64,000 bases of DNA. Origin: an uncultured Gemmatimonadales bacterium. Lineage in GTDB: Bacteria; Gemmatimonadota; Gemmatimonadetes; Gemmatimonadales; GWC2-71-9. The stretch is from the NCBI GenBank assembly GCA_963695555.1, contig CAVOGR010000007.1, positions 64,001 to 128,000 on the forward strand, in the 5' to 3' direction. Under the pieces are notes generated by a model. That model did not search any database. It worked only from the letters and a program-made list of their open reading frames with translations, and was not told the DNA's origin. The position numbers and the translations under genes were made by a program. Every line of letters begins with the position of its first letter. Positions within the stretch are counted from its first letter, which is position 1. Below are positions 1 to 9,724 of the stretch, piece by piece.

Positions 1-69
1 CAATGTTCAACCCTAGATCCCGGGCCGTGAAGGAATCGGGAAGGATACCTGAAGAGGACGTGGCCGGAG

Positions 70-2073
70 CTATTCCTCCGTCACGCGCCCGCCCCGCACC
101 GCCCACAGTCCCATGAGGCCAACAATCAGCATGATCGTCGCCAGGGCCAGGCCCTGAAGCGCCACGTTGGGCAGGTCGAGTTGCCATCCTTGAATCGGCC
201 GCCCGCCGCGCGCCACCACCCAGAGCGCCAACACGACACCCGTCAACCCACCGCCCCCAACCAGGCCCGAGCCGAACAGCACACCCTGCTCGCGCCGCCG
301 TTCGGCCACATCAGCGGGGCAGCCGCGCGTCAGGAACAAGCGGGCCATGCCACCGAGGAAGACCGCCGCCATCGTCGAGAGAGGCAGGTACACGCCCACG
401 GCAAAGGCCAACACGGGAACCCGGAACAGCGAGGCCACGAGGCCGATGCCGACACCGACGAAGATGAGCATCCAGGGAAGATTCTGGTCCAACACGCCAT
501 CGATCACGAGCTTCATCAATACGGCCTGGGGCGCCGGAAGCTCCGCGCCGCCCAAGCCCCCCGGCACACCTTGATGCAGCAGCATGACGACCAGCGCCAC
601 GACACCGGCCGAGGTAATCACCCCGACCAGTTCCCCTATTTGTTGGAATCGCGGCGTGGCCCCGAGGATGTATCCCGTTTTGAGATCCTGCGACGTGTCG
701 CCCGCAATGGAGGCCGCTATACAGACCGCCGTGCCGACCATCAGAGCGGTCGCCTTGCCGGGTAGGTCGGTCCAGCCGAGCAGGAAGAAGATAGCGCTCG
801 TCCCGAGCAGGGTCGCGATGGTCATCCCGGACGTGGGGTTCGAGGTGACCCCTACCAAGCCCACGATGCGGGAGCTGACGGTGACAAAGAAGAACGCGAA
901 GATGGCGATCAGGATCGAGGCCACCGCGCGAACCGGGATCGACTCGAGATAGCCCAAGACGCCCGGCGTGAACGTGAGGGCCAGGAGGATGGCGACAACG
1001 AAGATCCCGACCACCTTGAAAGACAGGTCCTGATCCGTCCGATCGATCGCGGCCCCGCTCTCGCCCGCCGTGATGTGCTTCAGGCCAAGCCGGAAGGACT
1101 CGATCATGGTCGGGATCGATTTGATGAGCGTGATGATCCCGCCGGTGGCCACGGCGCCGGCGCCGATGTAGCGCACGTACCGGTGCCAGATGTCACCCGC
1201 CGCCATGTCGCGGATCAAGTTCTCCGTTTCAGGAAAGAGCGGCGCGGTGAGGCCGGCGCCCCAGAAATTGATGATGGGAATGATGATAAACGCCGACAGC
1301 GCGGAGCCGGCCACCATGACCGTGGCAATCCGCGGGCCGAGGATATACCCCACGCCCAGAAGCGGGGGTGACACGGCGATCGCCACGTTGGCCTTGAAGG
1401 CGAGCGCCGCCTGAAAGGTCCCGCTCACGAGCTTGGCGCCATCGGTGATGAGCTTGAACAACATCCCGATCCCGAGTCCCCAGAACACTCCGGCGGCCTG
1501 CTTTCCGCCCCCCTCGGCGGCTACGAGCACCTCGGCGCAGGCCATACCCTCCGGGTAAGGCAGTTTGCCGTGTTCTCGCTTGATCAGGTATCGCCGGAGC
1601 GGAATCATCGACAGCACGCCGATCAATCCGCCTGCCATGGTCACCAGGGTGACCTTGGCCCAGGCCGGGCTCATGCCCCAAATGAAGAGCGCGGGAATTG
1701 TGAACAGCACGCCGGAGGCCACGGACGAACTGGCCGAGCCCACGGTCTGGGAGATGTTGCTCTCGAGAATCGAGTGGCGCAGGCCGAAGGCGGAGAACAG
1801 CCGGAAGGCCACGACCGTGAGCACCGCCACCGGAATGGACGTGCTGATCGTGAGGCCGGCTTTGAGGCCGAGGTAGGTGTTGGCAGCGCCGAAGATGACG
1901 CCGAGGATTGCACCCGTCACCACGGCCTTGACGGTAAACTCGGTGAGCGTCTGTCCGTGGGTGAAAGGGACGTATTCCTCGCCCTCTTTCAGCTCATAGG
2001 CGGTCGGCGGCAGCTTGCGAGCAGGGCCGCCCACGGGATCCTTCTCCGGGGAACTCATTGCGCGAATGTTCAC
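70..2073 (-). CDS. OPT family oligopeptide transporter
   Basis: 667-aa polytopic membrane ORF with OPT motifs YLGLKAGLTISTSIP, ESNISQTVGSA, LPYPEG, SNPTSGM, QDLKTGY, LPAPQA. Alternative ATG start at 2058. Confidence 0.93.
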   Translation of the reverse strand: MNIRAMSSPEKDPVGGPARKLPPTAYELKEGEEYVPFTHGQTLTEFTVKAVVTGAILGVIFGAANTYLGLKAGLTISTSIPVAVLTVVAFRLFSAFGLRHSILESNISQTVGSASSSVASGVLFTIPALFIWGMSPAWAKVTLVTMAGGLIGVLSMIPLRRYLIKREHGKLPYPEGMACAEVLVAAEGGGKQAAGVFWGLGIGMLFKLITDGAKLVSGTFQAALAFKANVAIAVSPPLLGVGYILGPRIATVMVAGSALSAFIIIPIINFWGAGLTAPLFPETENLIRDMAAGDIWHRYVRYIGAGAVATGGIITLIKSIPTMIESFRLGLKHITAGESGAAIDRTDQDLSFKVVGIFVVAILLALTFTPGVLGYLESIPVRAVASILIAIFAFFFVTVSSRIVGLVGVTSNPTSGMTIATLLGTSAIFFLLGWTDLPGKATALMVGTAVCIAASIAGDTSQDLKTGYILGATPRFQQIGELVGVITSAGVVALVVMLLHQGVPGGLGGAELPAPQAVLMKLVIDGVLDQNLPWMLIFVGVGIGLVASLFRVPVLAFAVGVYLPLSTMAAVFLGGMARLFLTRGCPADVAERRREQGVLFGSGLVGGGGLTGVVLALWVVARGGRPIQGWQLDLPNVALQGLALATIMLIVGLMGLWAVRGGRVTEE

Positions 2074-2386
2074 TCATCCGGGTCATGATGCAAGTTCGAT
2101 CCGCCGTCACGGAGTCCACACGACGAATCCCAAAGGAAGCGAGAAGGCCGGAGCGTTCAGTCGCGCCGACACGACGGCGAATGAGGTATGCGAAGAGTAG
2201 CGAGACGGCGACGAGGCTCGCCCAGTGCAAGTGCCTCCGACTCGGGGCGCCAGTTTCATGCCCAATCCAGCCCAGCCAAGGGATCCCCGAATCTCCACCA
2301 ATCTTCTATTCTTCAGGGACCATCCACGCGTCGGCGAGACACTACTCCGACGCGACGCACCTCATCGGCTAGCTGGAGCGCCCATC

Positions 2387-3817
2387 GTGGAGAGCAAAAG
2401 GAAAGAGGGAAACACTGCGAAAAAGACCGAGCTCACGGAGTGGACGATCGCCGCCTTCTCTCAGCTGGCCTCACGTCACCTCGCCACAGAACACCAGCCG
2501 TTCGTCCCTTCCGAGCGCTTGCCCTCCGACCTGAGAGACGAACTGGGCATTGCGCTCGCGAAGCAGGGCTCCGGTCTCGAGGAACTCGTCGGCAAGCTCG
2601 AGCGTATTCTTGCGGCGACACCGTCCTCGTCCAGCCGCCGGTTCTTCAACCAGCTGTTCGGTGGCCGAGACCCGGCCGGTCTGCTGGCCGAAATGCTTAC
2701 TCCACTCGCCAACAGCTCGATGTATACCTACAAGGTTGCTGGCCCGGCGGTGCTCATCGAGCAGGAGGTTATTGCGCGCGCCCTTCAGAAACTGGGCTAC
2801 CTGGACGGTGAGGGCATGTTTTCCCCGGGGGGGTCCCTCTCTAACCTGACCGCAATGCTCTTGGCCCGGAATGAAAAGCTGGAGGACGCGCGGGAGAACG
2901 GGCTCACGGGTCAGCATCTCACGGTGTACCTGTCCGATCAGGGCCACTACTCGATCCGAAAGAGCGCCGGGATGCTCGGCCTGGGCCGGAACAATGTGCG
3001 ACTCGTCCCGACGGATGCCAACGGATCCATGGACAGCGCGGCGGCGCGGCAACTCATCGAGCGCGACCAGCGCAACGGCGCAACACCGCTCATACTCGTC
3101 GCGACGACTGGCACCACGGTGCTCGGAGCATTCGATCCGATCGGCGAGTTGGCGGACCTCGCTCGGGAATTCGACCTGTGGCTGCATGTCGATGGCGCTC
3201 TCGGAGGCTCGGTCATGTTGTGTGACGAGCATCGTCACTTGATGGAAGGCGCCGAGCGATCGGACTCGTTCACTTGGAACGCGCACAAGATGATGGGCGT
3301 CCCGCTTTCCTGCTCCATGCTGCTGGTGAATCGCCGTGGCCTCCTGCAGCGGCACCTGGACGAACCGGCGGAGTACCTTTTTCAGACCGGCGATAGCGAC
3401 CTGAACCCCGGGCGCCGCTCCATCCAATGCGGCCGGCGGAACGATGCCCTCAAGCTATGGGCCGCCTGGCAGTTCCACGGAGACGCCGGATTTAGCCAGC
3501 GCATCGAGCGACAATTCGCCAATGCTCGGCTCTTCACGTCGATGATCCAGCATGACCCCCAACTCATCCTCGCGAAGCCGCCGCAATCGATAAATGTCTG
3601 TTTTGGGGTGAAGGGGAAGAGCAGCAGAGACATCTGTACCGTGTTGGACCGAGCGGGCCGGTTAAAGATCGGTTTCGGCACAGTGGACGGGCGAGACATG
3701 ATTCGGATGGTCTGCGTCAATCCCGACGTCACCGAGAGCGACCTGAGAACCGTCCTGGAGGAAATCAAGTCGGTGGCAGCCGAACTGCCGCCAATCTCCG
3801 ATCCCCCAACAGGATAG
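2387..3817 (+). CDS. Group II PLP-dependent decarboxylase (GAD/cysteine-sulfinate decarboxylase-like)
   Basis: Motifs FFNQLFGG, PGGSLSN, HYSIRK, GTTVLGAFDP, WLHVDGA, WNAHKMMGVPLSCS (PLP lysine), QCGRRND. GTG 2387 chosen for an upstream GGAG; the ORF is open from 2225. Confidence 0.9.
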   Translation: MESKRKEGNTAKKTELTEWTIAAFSQLASRHLATEHQPFVPSERLPSDLRDELGIALAKQGSGLEELVGKLERILAATPSSSSRRFFNQLFGGRDPAGLLAEMLTPLANSSMYTYKVAGPAVLIEQEVIARALQKLGYLDGEGMFSPGGSLSNLTAMLLARNEKLEDARENGLTGQHLTVYLSDQGHYSIRKSAGMLGLGRNNVRLVPTDANGSMDSAAARQLIERDQRNGATPLILVATTGTTVLGAFDPIGELADLAREFDLWLHVDGALGGSVMLCDEHRHLMEGAERSDSFTWNAHKMMGVPLSCSMLLVNRRGLLQRHLDEPAEYLFQTGDSDLNPGRRSIQCGRRNDALKLWAAWQFHGDAGFSQRIERQFANARLFTSMIQHDPQLILAKPPQSINVCFGVKGKSSRDICTVLDRAGRLKIGFGTVDGRDMIRMVCVNPDVTESDLRTVLEEIKSVAAELPPISDPPTG

Positions 3818-3875
3818 GCAGGCGATCCGTGCGGCACGACAAGGACATGATTGGCATCAATGGGAGGGAGATACG

Positions 3876-4412
3876 ATGACAATACGACGCATCATGGGAA
3901 CCGTGATCGCTCTGGCCTGGGCCGGGCTCGTTCCCCGCATGGCAGCGCACGCACAGACTCCATCCGAGGACGACGCTCTCCAAACCGCCGAGGGTGTCGT
4001 GAACCAACTCTACGAGCTGGTCACGATCGAGGCCGGACACAGCCCCGACTGGGACGCGGTCAGGTCACTCTTCCTCGACCAGGCGGTCATCGTATTGCGC
4101 ACCAGTCGAACCGCAACGACGGTATTCTCGGTGGACGGCTTCGTGAACGATTTCGTCACCTTCATCGAAGGGGCCAATGTGCGGGAGACGGGGTTCACGG
4201 AACGAGTGCTACGCACCAAGCCGACGGTCTTCGGCGACATGGCGCACGTGTGGGTGCTCTATGAGGCCAGCATTCCCGGATCGCCGCGGCCGCCGCAGCA
4301 GGGTGTCGACAGCTTCTCGTTGATCAAGCAGGACGGCCGGTGGTGGATTGCCGCGGTCACCAACGAGATCCCGACGCCCACGAGGCCCGTCCCGGCGCCG
4401 CTCCAGGAATAG
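3876..4412 (+). CDS. Secreted NTF2/SnoaL-like protein
   Basis: RBS GGAGGGAG, signal peptide ending AHA-Q, C-terminal GVDSFSLIKQDGRWWI typical of the NTF2-like fold. Confidence 0.78.
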   Translation: MTIRRIMGTVIALAWAGLVPRMAAHAQTPSEDDALQTAEGVVNQLYELVTIEAGHSPDWDAVRSLFLDQAVIVLRTSRTATTVFSVDGFVNDFVTFIEGANVRETGFTERVLRTKPTVFGDMAHVWVLYEASIPGSPRPPQQGVDSFSLIKQDGRWWIAAVTNEIPTPTRPVPAPLQE

Positions 4413-4451
4413 CAGCGGCGCTGGCGGCCCAGGTTACGGGTGTCGTCCGCG

Positions 4452-5075
4452 CTAGCGACGCTCCCAGCTCGCCCTGAAGTCCCGGGTCACTTGGTACACC
4501 AGGGCCTCGATCAGGTCGGAATACGCCCGGTTCGGGTCGTCGGCGTCGAAGGCGAAGTCCCCGCCCCCGAGGATCCTGACGTGACCGACCCGCCGCGTGG
4601 CCCTGGCCGAGCCGCTCCAAAGCGACGCCCCAGAGGCCGTCTCGATCAATTGCACCGCGAGGGTCGCATCGACGTCGGCGGCGACGCTCGATCGGAGGAG
4701 CCCCGGATCGATTCGGACGACGGGCCTCACATCCGAGATCTCGAGCCGCCCGGCGAAGAGGGTCTGGACCCGGTGCCGCTCGCCCAAGGCCTGGATGGCG
4801 GCCGGGTCCAGCCGCGGCCGCCCGACGTCCTGCAGCGCCGTGGACTGGGATCCAAGGTCGGTGATTCGGACCAGGCCCTGGTCCCGGCGCGCGATGTCGA
4901 TGAACCTCCGGGTCGCATAGGAGCCCAGGTCGCCTTCGCTCGAGGCCGTGAACTCGAGTACTCCCACGATTTCATGCTGGGTCAGATCGATGCGGGGCGG
5001 GATCATCACCCTGGTACCGCATCCCGTAGCGATTGCTCCCATGGCCGCTATCCCGAGCACTGGACCGTATTTCAT
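4452..5075 (-). CDS. Hypothetical lipoprotein (CsgG/TolB-N-like alpha/beta domain)
   Basis: Lipobox ATG-C, motifs VGVLEF and VQLIETASGASLWSG. Starts 3 bp after the upstream DUF2892 gene. Confidence 0.65.
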   Translation of the reverse strand: MKYGPVLGIAAMGAIATGCGTRVMIPPRIDLTQHEIVGVLEFTASSEGDLGSYATRRFIDIARRDQGLVRITDLGSQSTALQDVGRPRLDPAAIQALGERHRVQTLFAGRLEISDVRPVVRIDPGLLRSSVAADVDATLAVQLIETASGASLWSGSARATRRVGHVRILGGGDFAFDADDPNRAYSDLIEALVYQVTRDFRASWERR

Positions 5076-5078
5076 GGC

Positions 5079-5273
5079 TTACCCTCGCTGAGCGACGCCG
5101 AGCTTCTCCAGAATCTGCTCCATCAAACACCATTTGGTGATGCTCGACTGGAGGAGGTTCAGCCCGACAAACGCCGTGAAGAGGTACCAATAGGGACTCA
5201 CCCAGTATCCCAGGGCGAGCGAAATGAGGATGAAGCTTCCAGCGATAGCACGAATCGTGTAGTGCATGTTCAT
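5079..5273 (-). CDS. DUF2892 / YgaP-like small membrane protein
   Basis: IRAIAG...FVGLNLLQSSITKWCLMEQIL signature, two TM helices. Confidence 0.88.
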   Translation of the reverse strand: MNMHYTIRAIAGSFILISLALGYWVSPYWYLFTAFVGLNLLQSSITKWCLMEQILEKLGVAQRG

Positions 5274-5329
5274 GGCACACTCCCGAACGGATCGATCATG
5301 GCCGCGGGCCGCCTGGGCCCCGTCGCATC

Positions 5330-5366
5330 AAAAAACGGTGGGAGGATCGAGTCGCCTCCCACCGTT
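5330..5366 (-). terminator. Rho-independent terminator of the peroxiredoxin gene
   Basis: 12-bp stem AACGGTGGGAGG/CCTCCCACCGTT, 9-nt loop, T-run on the minus strand. Confidence 0.8.
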
Positions 5367-5389
5367 CGCATCCATCGCGCGGCAATCTC

Positions 5390-6022
5390 CTACTTGGTCG
5401 GCTGCGGTGTCACTCTGAGGTAGGGCTTCTTGGCATCGAAGCCCGGGAATTTCTTCATTGCCTCCTCGTCCGACACTCCGGTGCCGATGATCACATCCTC
5501 ACCTTCCTCCCAGTCCGCAGGTGTCGCGACCTGGTATTTGGCGGTGAGCTGGAGCGAGTCGAGCGAGCGCAGCAACTCGTCGAAGTTCCGGCCCGTGCTG
5601 GCCGGGTAGGTGAGCGTCAGCCTAACGGTATTGTCCGGCCCAACGATAAACACGGACCGCACGGTGAGCGTGTTGTCCGCGTTGGGGTGGATCATGTCGT
5701 ACAGGTCCGAGACCTTGCGATCGTGGTCCGCAATGAGTGGAAAGTTGAGCTCGTTGCCCGTGACGTCCTTGATGTCCTTGGCCCAACGCTTGTGACTGTC
5801 GAGCGGGTCGACGCTCAGGCCGATGACCTTGGTGTTTCGCTTGTCGAATTCCCGCTTGAGCCCGGCGACCCGGCCCAACTCGGTGGTGCAGACGGGAGTG
5901 AAGTCTTTGGGGTGCGAGAACAGCACGGCCCAGCCATTTCCCTTCCATTCATGGAATTCAATCGGGCCTTCGGTGGTCTCGGCGGTGAAGTTTGGGGCGA
6001 CGTCGCCCAATCGGATTGCCAT
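5390..6022 (-). CDS. 1-Cys peroxiredoxin (Prx6 family)
   Basis: LFSHPKDFTPVCTTE active site, YPASTGRNFDE and ATPADW motifs. Start at ATG 6022 (MAIRLGD). Confidence 0.95.
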   Translation of the reverse strand: MAIRLGDVAPNFTAETTEGPIEFHEWKGNGWAVLFSHPKDFTPVCTTELGRVAGLKREFDKRNTKVIGLSVDPLDSHKRWAKDIKDVTGNELNFPLIADHDRKVSDLYDMIHPNADNTLTVRSVFIVGPDNTVRLTLTYPASTGRNFDELLRSLDSLQLTAKYQVATPADWEEGEDVIIGTGVSDEEAMKKFPGFDAKKPYLRVTPQPTK

Positions 6023-6155
6023 GGGACGGTCCTCGGCACAGAGGTTAGTGAGGCGGCGCATGACCAGCGCCTCCCTCGGGCTCAGTGGGCCGAACCGGGG
6101 GCGCGGGCGCGCAGTTGCTGAGAAGATTGTAGGGTATGACGGTATTTGCGGGCTG

Positions 6156-7139
6156 TCAATTCCGGTTCGACAGCTCGGGCACCGACCCACGGATAGCCGC
6201 CTCGCGGACGTGCGGTGGCTGACTCAAGCCGACCTTCCGCACGTCGAGCGGGATCCCTTTCCGCTCGTCGAGCACCAGCGCGATCGCCCCTGTTTCGCAC
6301 TGTCCCTCACACACCCCACACCCCATGCACTGCTCCCAGGCCACGGCCGCGCGGCCATTCACCGAAATTGCGTCGAAGGGACAGGCTTCTTCGCAGTCGC
6401 CACAGGCGATGCAGGCTCCCTCGTCGACCTCCGCCACGAAGCCCGATGAGGCCACCATGGGGACCGCGTGTCGCTGCATCGCAATCAGACCGCCGCAGCA
6501 GCACCGGCAGCAGTTGCAGATCGCATAGAACCGGTGGTCGCACGCGTCCTTGAAGTACGCCGTATGTACGTGTCCACGCTCATGCTCGGCCTGGAGCAAC
6601 TCAAGCGCCTCCTGCTGCGTCGCCCGGCGGGCTCGGTCGGGGTGATGCTCCAGCACCCAGTCCCCGCCCCCAACCAGCATGCACACCTGCGTCGGCCGAC
6701 AGGGATCTTCCCGCGCCGCCCGGCACGGACACTCGAGCAGCGTCACCCCGGGGGAGCTGGTCAGCACGATATCGCGCGCCGTGGAGTACGGGATGATGTG
6801 CTCGAGGTCGGTGCGCTCGATGTCGTGATCCAGCCGGATGATCTCACAGGCCAGGTTGGTGGGCAGGACCTTGCCGTGGTAGTGCTCGGCCCAGACGCGC
6901 TTGAACCCGGACGACACCCGGGGCGCCAACCGATAGACGAAAAACTTGATGTACTGGTAGCACCACCGGCCATACACGTAGCCGTGCAGGCCGTTCAACA
7001 GGCCACCCCGCCTGCCGTCCCGGCGCGAGCTGAGCGCCTCGCGGGTGGACGGCAGCATCAGGTGGCCGCGCTCGCCGACGAGCCACAGCCCAAGGAACCC
7101 CACCAGCATCAGGCCGGGAACCAGCAGGAGCCAGAGCAT
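6156..7139 (-). CDS. Membrane-anchored 4Fe-4S dicluster protein
   Basis: N-terminal TM helix, CPCR..C, ICNCCRCCCGG, and two ferredoxin motifs (CIACGDCEEACP, CMGCGVCEGQC). Confidence 0.85.
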   Translation of the reverse strand: MLWLLLVPGLMLVGFLGLWLVGERGHLMLPSTREALSSRRDGRRGGLLNGLHGYVYGRWCYQYIKFFVYRLAPRVSSGFKRVWAEHYHGKVLPTNLACEIIRLDHDIERTDLEHIIPYSTARDIVLTSSPGVTLLECPCRAAREDPCRPTQVCMLVGGGDWVLEHHPDRARRATQQEALELLQAEHERGHVHTAYFKDACDHRFYAICNCCRCCCGGLIAMQRHAVPMVASSGFVAEVDEGACIACGDCEEACPFDAISVNGRAAVAWEQCMGCGVCEGQCETGAIALVLDERKGIPLDVRKVGLSQPPHVREAAIRGSVPELSNRN

Positions 7140-7198
7140 CGGTGCCTCCGTCCGGAGTCAGCGACCGGCGGTCGACTCCCAAGCTAGGGCCCCGCAAT

Positions 7199-7227
7199 TG
7201 AAGGTCGAATGAAGGTGACCTGAAGGT
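7199..7227 (-). promoter_or_regulatory. Triple direct repeat TGAAGGT with 11-bp period, candidate operator
   Basis: TGAAGGT at 7199, 7210 and 7221, upstream of the 4Fe-4S gene and of a TAGCTT -10-like hexamer on the minus strand. Confidence 0.55.
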
Positions 7228-7233
7228 GCGGGT

Positions 7234-9684
7234 CTATGGCTGGCCGGCGACACGCACCGGAAACGGCACAATCCCCCTCGGGCGCGACGGGTCGCCGAGT
7301 TCGCCGTAGTAGTTAGCCCCCCAACAATAGGCGACGCCGTTGGTTGATATCGCGCACGTGTGGTCCGGCCCGGCGACTATGGAACGGAAGGTGAGGCTTC
7401 CGATTACCTGGACCGGACTCGACCTGTGCTCCATCGACCCGTCGCCCAATTGGCCGCTGAAATTAGTCCCCCAACAATACGCGGCACCTGCATTGGTGAG
7501 CCCACAGACGTGATCGTCCCCGCTGCTGAGTGACGCGAACGTCAATCCCCCAGGCACAAGCCGCGGTATGTGAGGCGGGTTACCCCACCTGTTAGGCCAG
7601 CAATAAGCTTCTCCAGAATTCGTAATCCCACAGGTTGAGGCAGTGTTTGACGTCAGCTGCGTGAAGGAGTGTCCGCCTGATACCAGGACGGGCAGCGGGC
7701 TATCCGTCCGGACTCCGTTTCCGAGTTCACCATAGTGGTTGTCGCCCCAACAGTAGACCATCCCGGAGGTCGCCAGCCCGCAGACATGGTCCCTTCCAAC
7801 TGCAATCGAGTTGAACAGAATGCCTCCAGCCACTGCCACGGGAACCGGGCTGTCGGCTTGTGAGCCGTCTCCGAGATTGCCAGAGCGGTTTGTCCCCCAG
7901 CAGAACGCGGTCGAGTTCTGGGTCACTCCGCAACCGCCATTCCAGCCCACCGAAAGCTCGACAAAGGTCAGGCCGCCGGAAACCGGGACCGGTACGGGGC
8001 TGTCGATAGCCTGGCCATTGCCGAGCCCTCCGGCGTATCCACTCCCCCAGCAATAGGCGGCTCCACTAGTCGCGAGTCCGCACGTCACCCCGTACGAATC
8101 GCTCGGATGGATGCTCCGGAAGGACAACCCTCCAGCGACAAGGGTCGGCGTGGCTTGGGACCCACCAACGGTGCCGTCGCCCAGGACGCCGCCGCCATTC
8201 CATCCCCAGCAGTAGCCATCACCCGCCACCGTCACGCCACAGGAGTAGCTGCGCCCGGCCTCGATGGAGGCGAAGACAAGCCCCCCGGCGACGGGAACGG
8301 GCAGAGAGTTCGGGCCATACGTGTTGGTTCCATTCCCGAGCTGGCCGCCATCATCATCCCCCCAGCAGTAGCCGGCTCCGGTCGCCGTGATCCCGCAGGT
8401 GTGGTATCCCCCAGCGCTAATGTCGACGAAACTCAACCCGCCCAGCACCGCAACCGGCGGGGACTCCTCATTCTGCTGGTTGGTGCTTCCATTGCCCAAT
8501 TGGCCGACCACATTGGCTCCCCAGCAAAACGCTTCTCCCGCCGCAGTGAGTCCGCAGGCGTGCTCATCGCCATCAGTGATCATGGTGAAGGAGTACCCAG
8601 CTGCTTCGAGCTCCGGCACATATCCGACCTTTCCAGAGTGATGAAAGCGCTTGAACCCCCAGCATCGCACTTCACCACTCGGGGCGAGCCCACAAGTTCG
8701 AAAGATGCTCGCATCGATTTCGCTGAACGTGTGACCGCCAGAGACCGGGGTGGGAGTGAGGCTGTAGTAGGTCGTATCGTGCCCCAGCTGACCGCCGCCG
8801 TCGTATCCCCAGCAATACGCATCCCCGCCGGCGTCCAGGCCGCAAGACACGTGGTATCCCTGAGAGGAGACGGAGGTGAAGAGGTGCCCTCCGACAACCG
8901 CTGTCGGAGTGAGGCGACCCGTTCGCGTCCCGTCACCCAGCTGCCCGAAGGAGTTGGACCCCCAACAGTAGGTGGTGCCCGAGAGAGCGAGACCACACGT
9001 ATGGCTAGATGAGCCAGAGATGGCACTGAAGCTCAGCCCTCCAGCAACGGCAACCGGAGCACGTTGCGCAATCGTGGTCCCGTCACCCAGCTGACCCGCG
9101 TAGTTGTCACCCCAACAATGGGCGCGATCACTCTCGGTGATCCCGCAGGCTCCCCCCCAGCGGCTAATGAGTGTCTTGAACTGCAGGCCGCCCGACACCG
9201 CAACAGGAAACGCCGCCGATGTGGTATCGCTCGATCCGGTTCCCAGCTGTCCGTACCAGTTCGACCCCCAGCAGTACACCCTCCCCATGGTGGTCAAGCC
9301 ACAGCTGGAGCTTCCCCCGGCATGAACTTCGGCAAACTCCACGCTGAAGCTGGTGATCTCGGTGTGCCCGCTCACGTCATCAATCGTTGCCGTGATCGTC
9401 ACTACACCCTCTGCCCTCGCGGTGACCCTGCCGCCGGCCGAGACGATGGCGATCGTCGAATCACTCGTTGTCCACGCGACAGGTCGGCCTAATACAGCGT
9501 TGCCGGCGTTGTCGAACGCTTGCGCTGCGAGCGCGACTTGCCCGCCGAGTATGACCGAATCCCGGCTGCTGCTGATCGTGACCGAGGCAACCGGCACCGG
9601 AGTCGGAGCCGCGACCGGCTCCTCACCGCACGCGGCAGCGGCCACCAGGGTCAATAGAAAAACAGAGCGATCCTGCCAGGGCAT
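7234..9684 (-). CDS. Lipoprotein with Big_2 (Ig-like) domain and 14 RCC1-like repeats
   Basis: RBS GAGAGGGA before ATG 9684, lipobox AAA-C, Ig-like WTTSDSTIAIVS..G.VTA, then 14 xxCWG..GQLG-type repeats. Confidence 0.88.
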   Translation of the reverse strand: MPWQDRSVFLLTLVAAAACGEEPVAAPTPVPVASVTISSSRDSVILGGQVALAAQAFDNAGNAVLGRPVAWTTSDSTIAIVSAGGRVTARAEGVVTITATIDDVSGHTEITSFSVEFAEVHAGGSSSCGLTTMGRVYCWGSNWYGQLGTGSSDTTSAAFPVAVSGGLQFKTLISRWGGACGITESDRAHCWGDNYAGQLGDGTTIAQRAPVAVAGGLSFSAISGSSSHTCGLALSGTTYCWGSNSFGQLGDGTRTGRLTPTAVVGGHLFTSVSSQGYHVSCGLDAGGDAYCWGYDGGGQLGHDTTYYSLTPTPVSGGHTFSEIDASIFRTCGLAPSGEVRCWGFKRFHHSGKVGYVPELEAAGYSFTMITDGDEHACGLTAAGEAFCWGANVVGQLGNGSTNQQNEESPPVAVLGGLSFVDISAGGYHTCGITATGAGYCWGDDDGGQLGNGTNTYGPNSLPVPVAGGLVFASIEAGRSYSCGVTVAGDGYCWGWNGGGVLGDGTVGGSQATPTLVAGGLSFRSIHPSDSYGVTCGLATSGAAYCWGSGYAGGLGNGQAIDSPVPVPVSGGLTFVELSVGWNGGCGVTQNSTAFCWGTNRSGNLGDGSQADSPVPVAVAGGILFNSIAVGRDHVCGLATSGMVYCWGDNHYGELGNGVRTDSPLPVLVSGGHSFTQLTSNTASTCGITNSGEAYCWPNRWGNPPHIPRLVPGGLTFASLSSGDDHVCGLTNAGAAYCWGTNFSGQLGDGSMEHRSSPVQVIGSLTFRSIVAGPDHTCAISTNGVAYCWGANYYGELGDPSRPRGIVPFPVRVAGQP

Positions 9685-9724
9685 CGTCCCTCTCAAGGAG
9701 TCCCAGGGCAACGAGTGCATGGTC

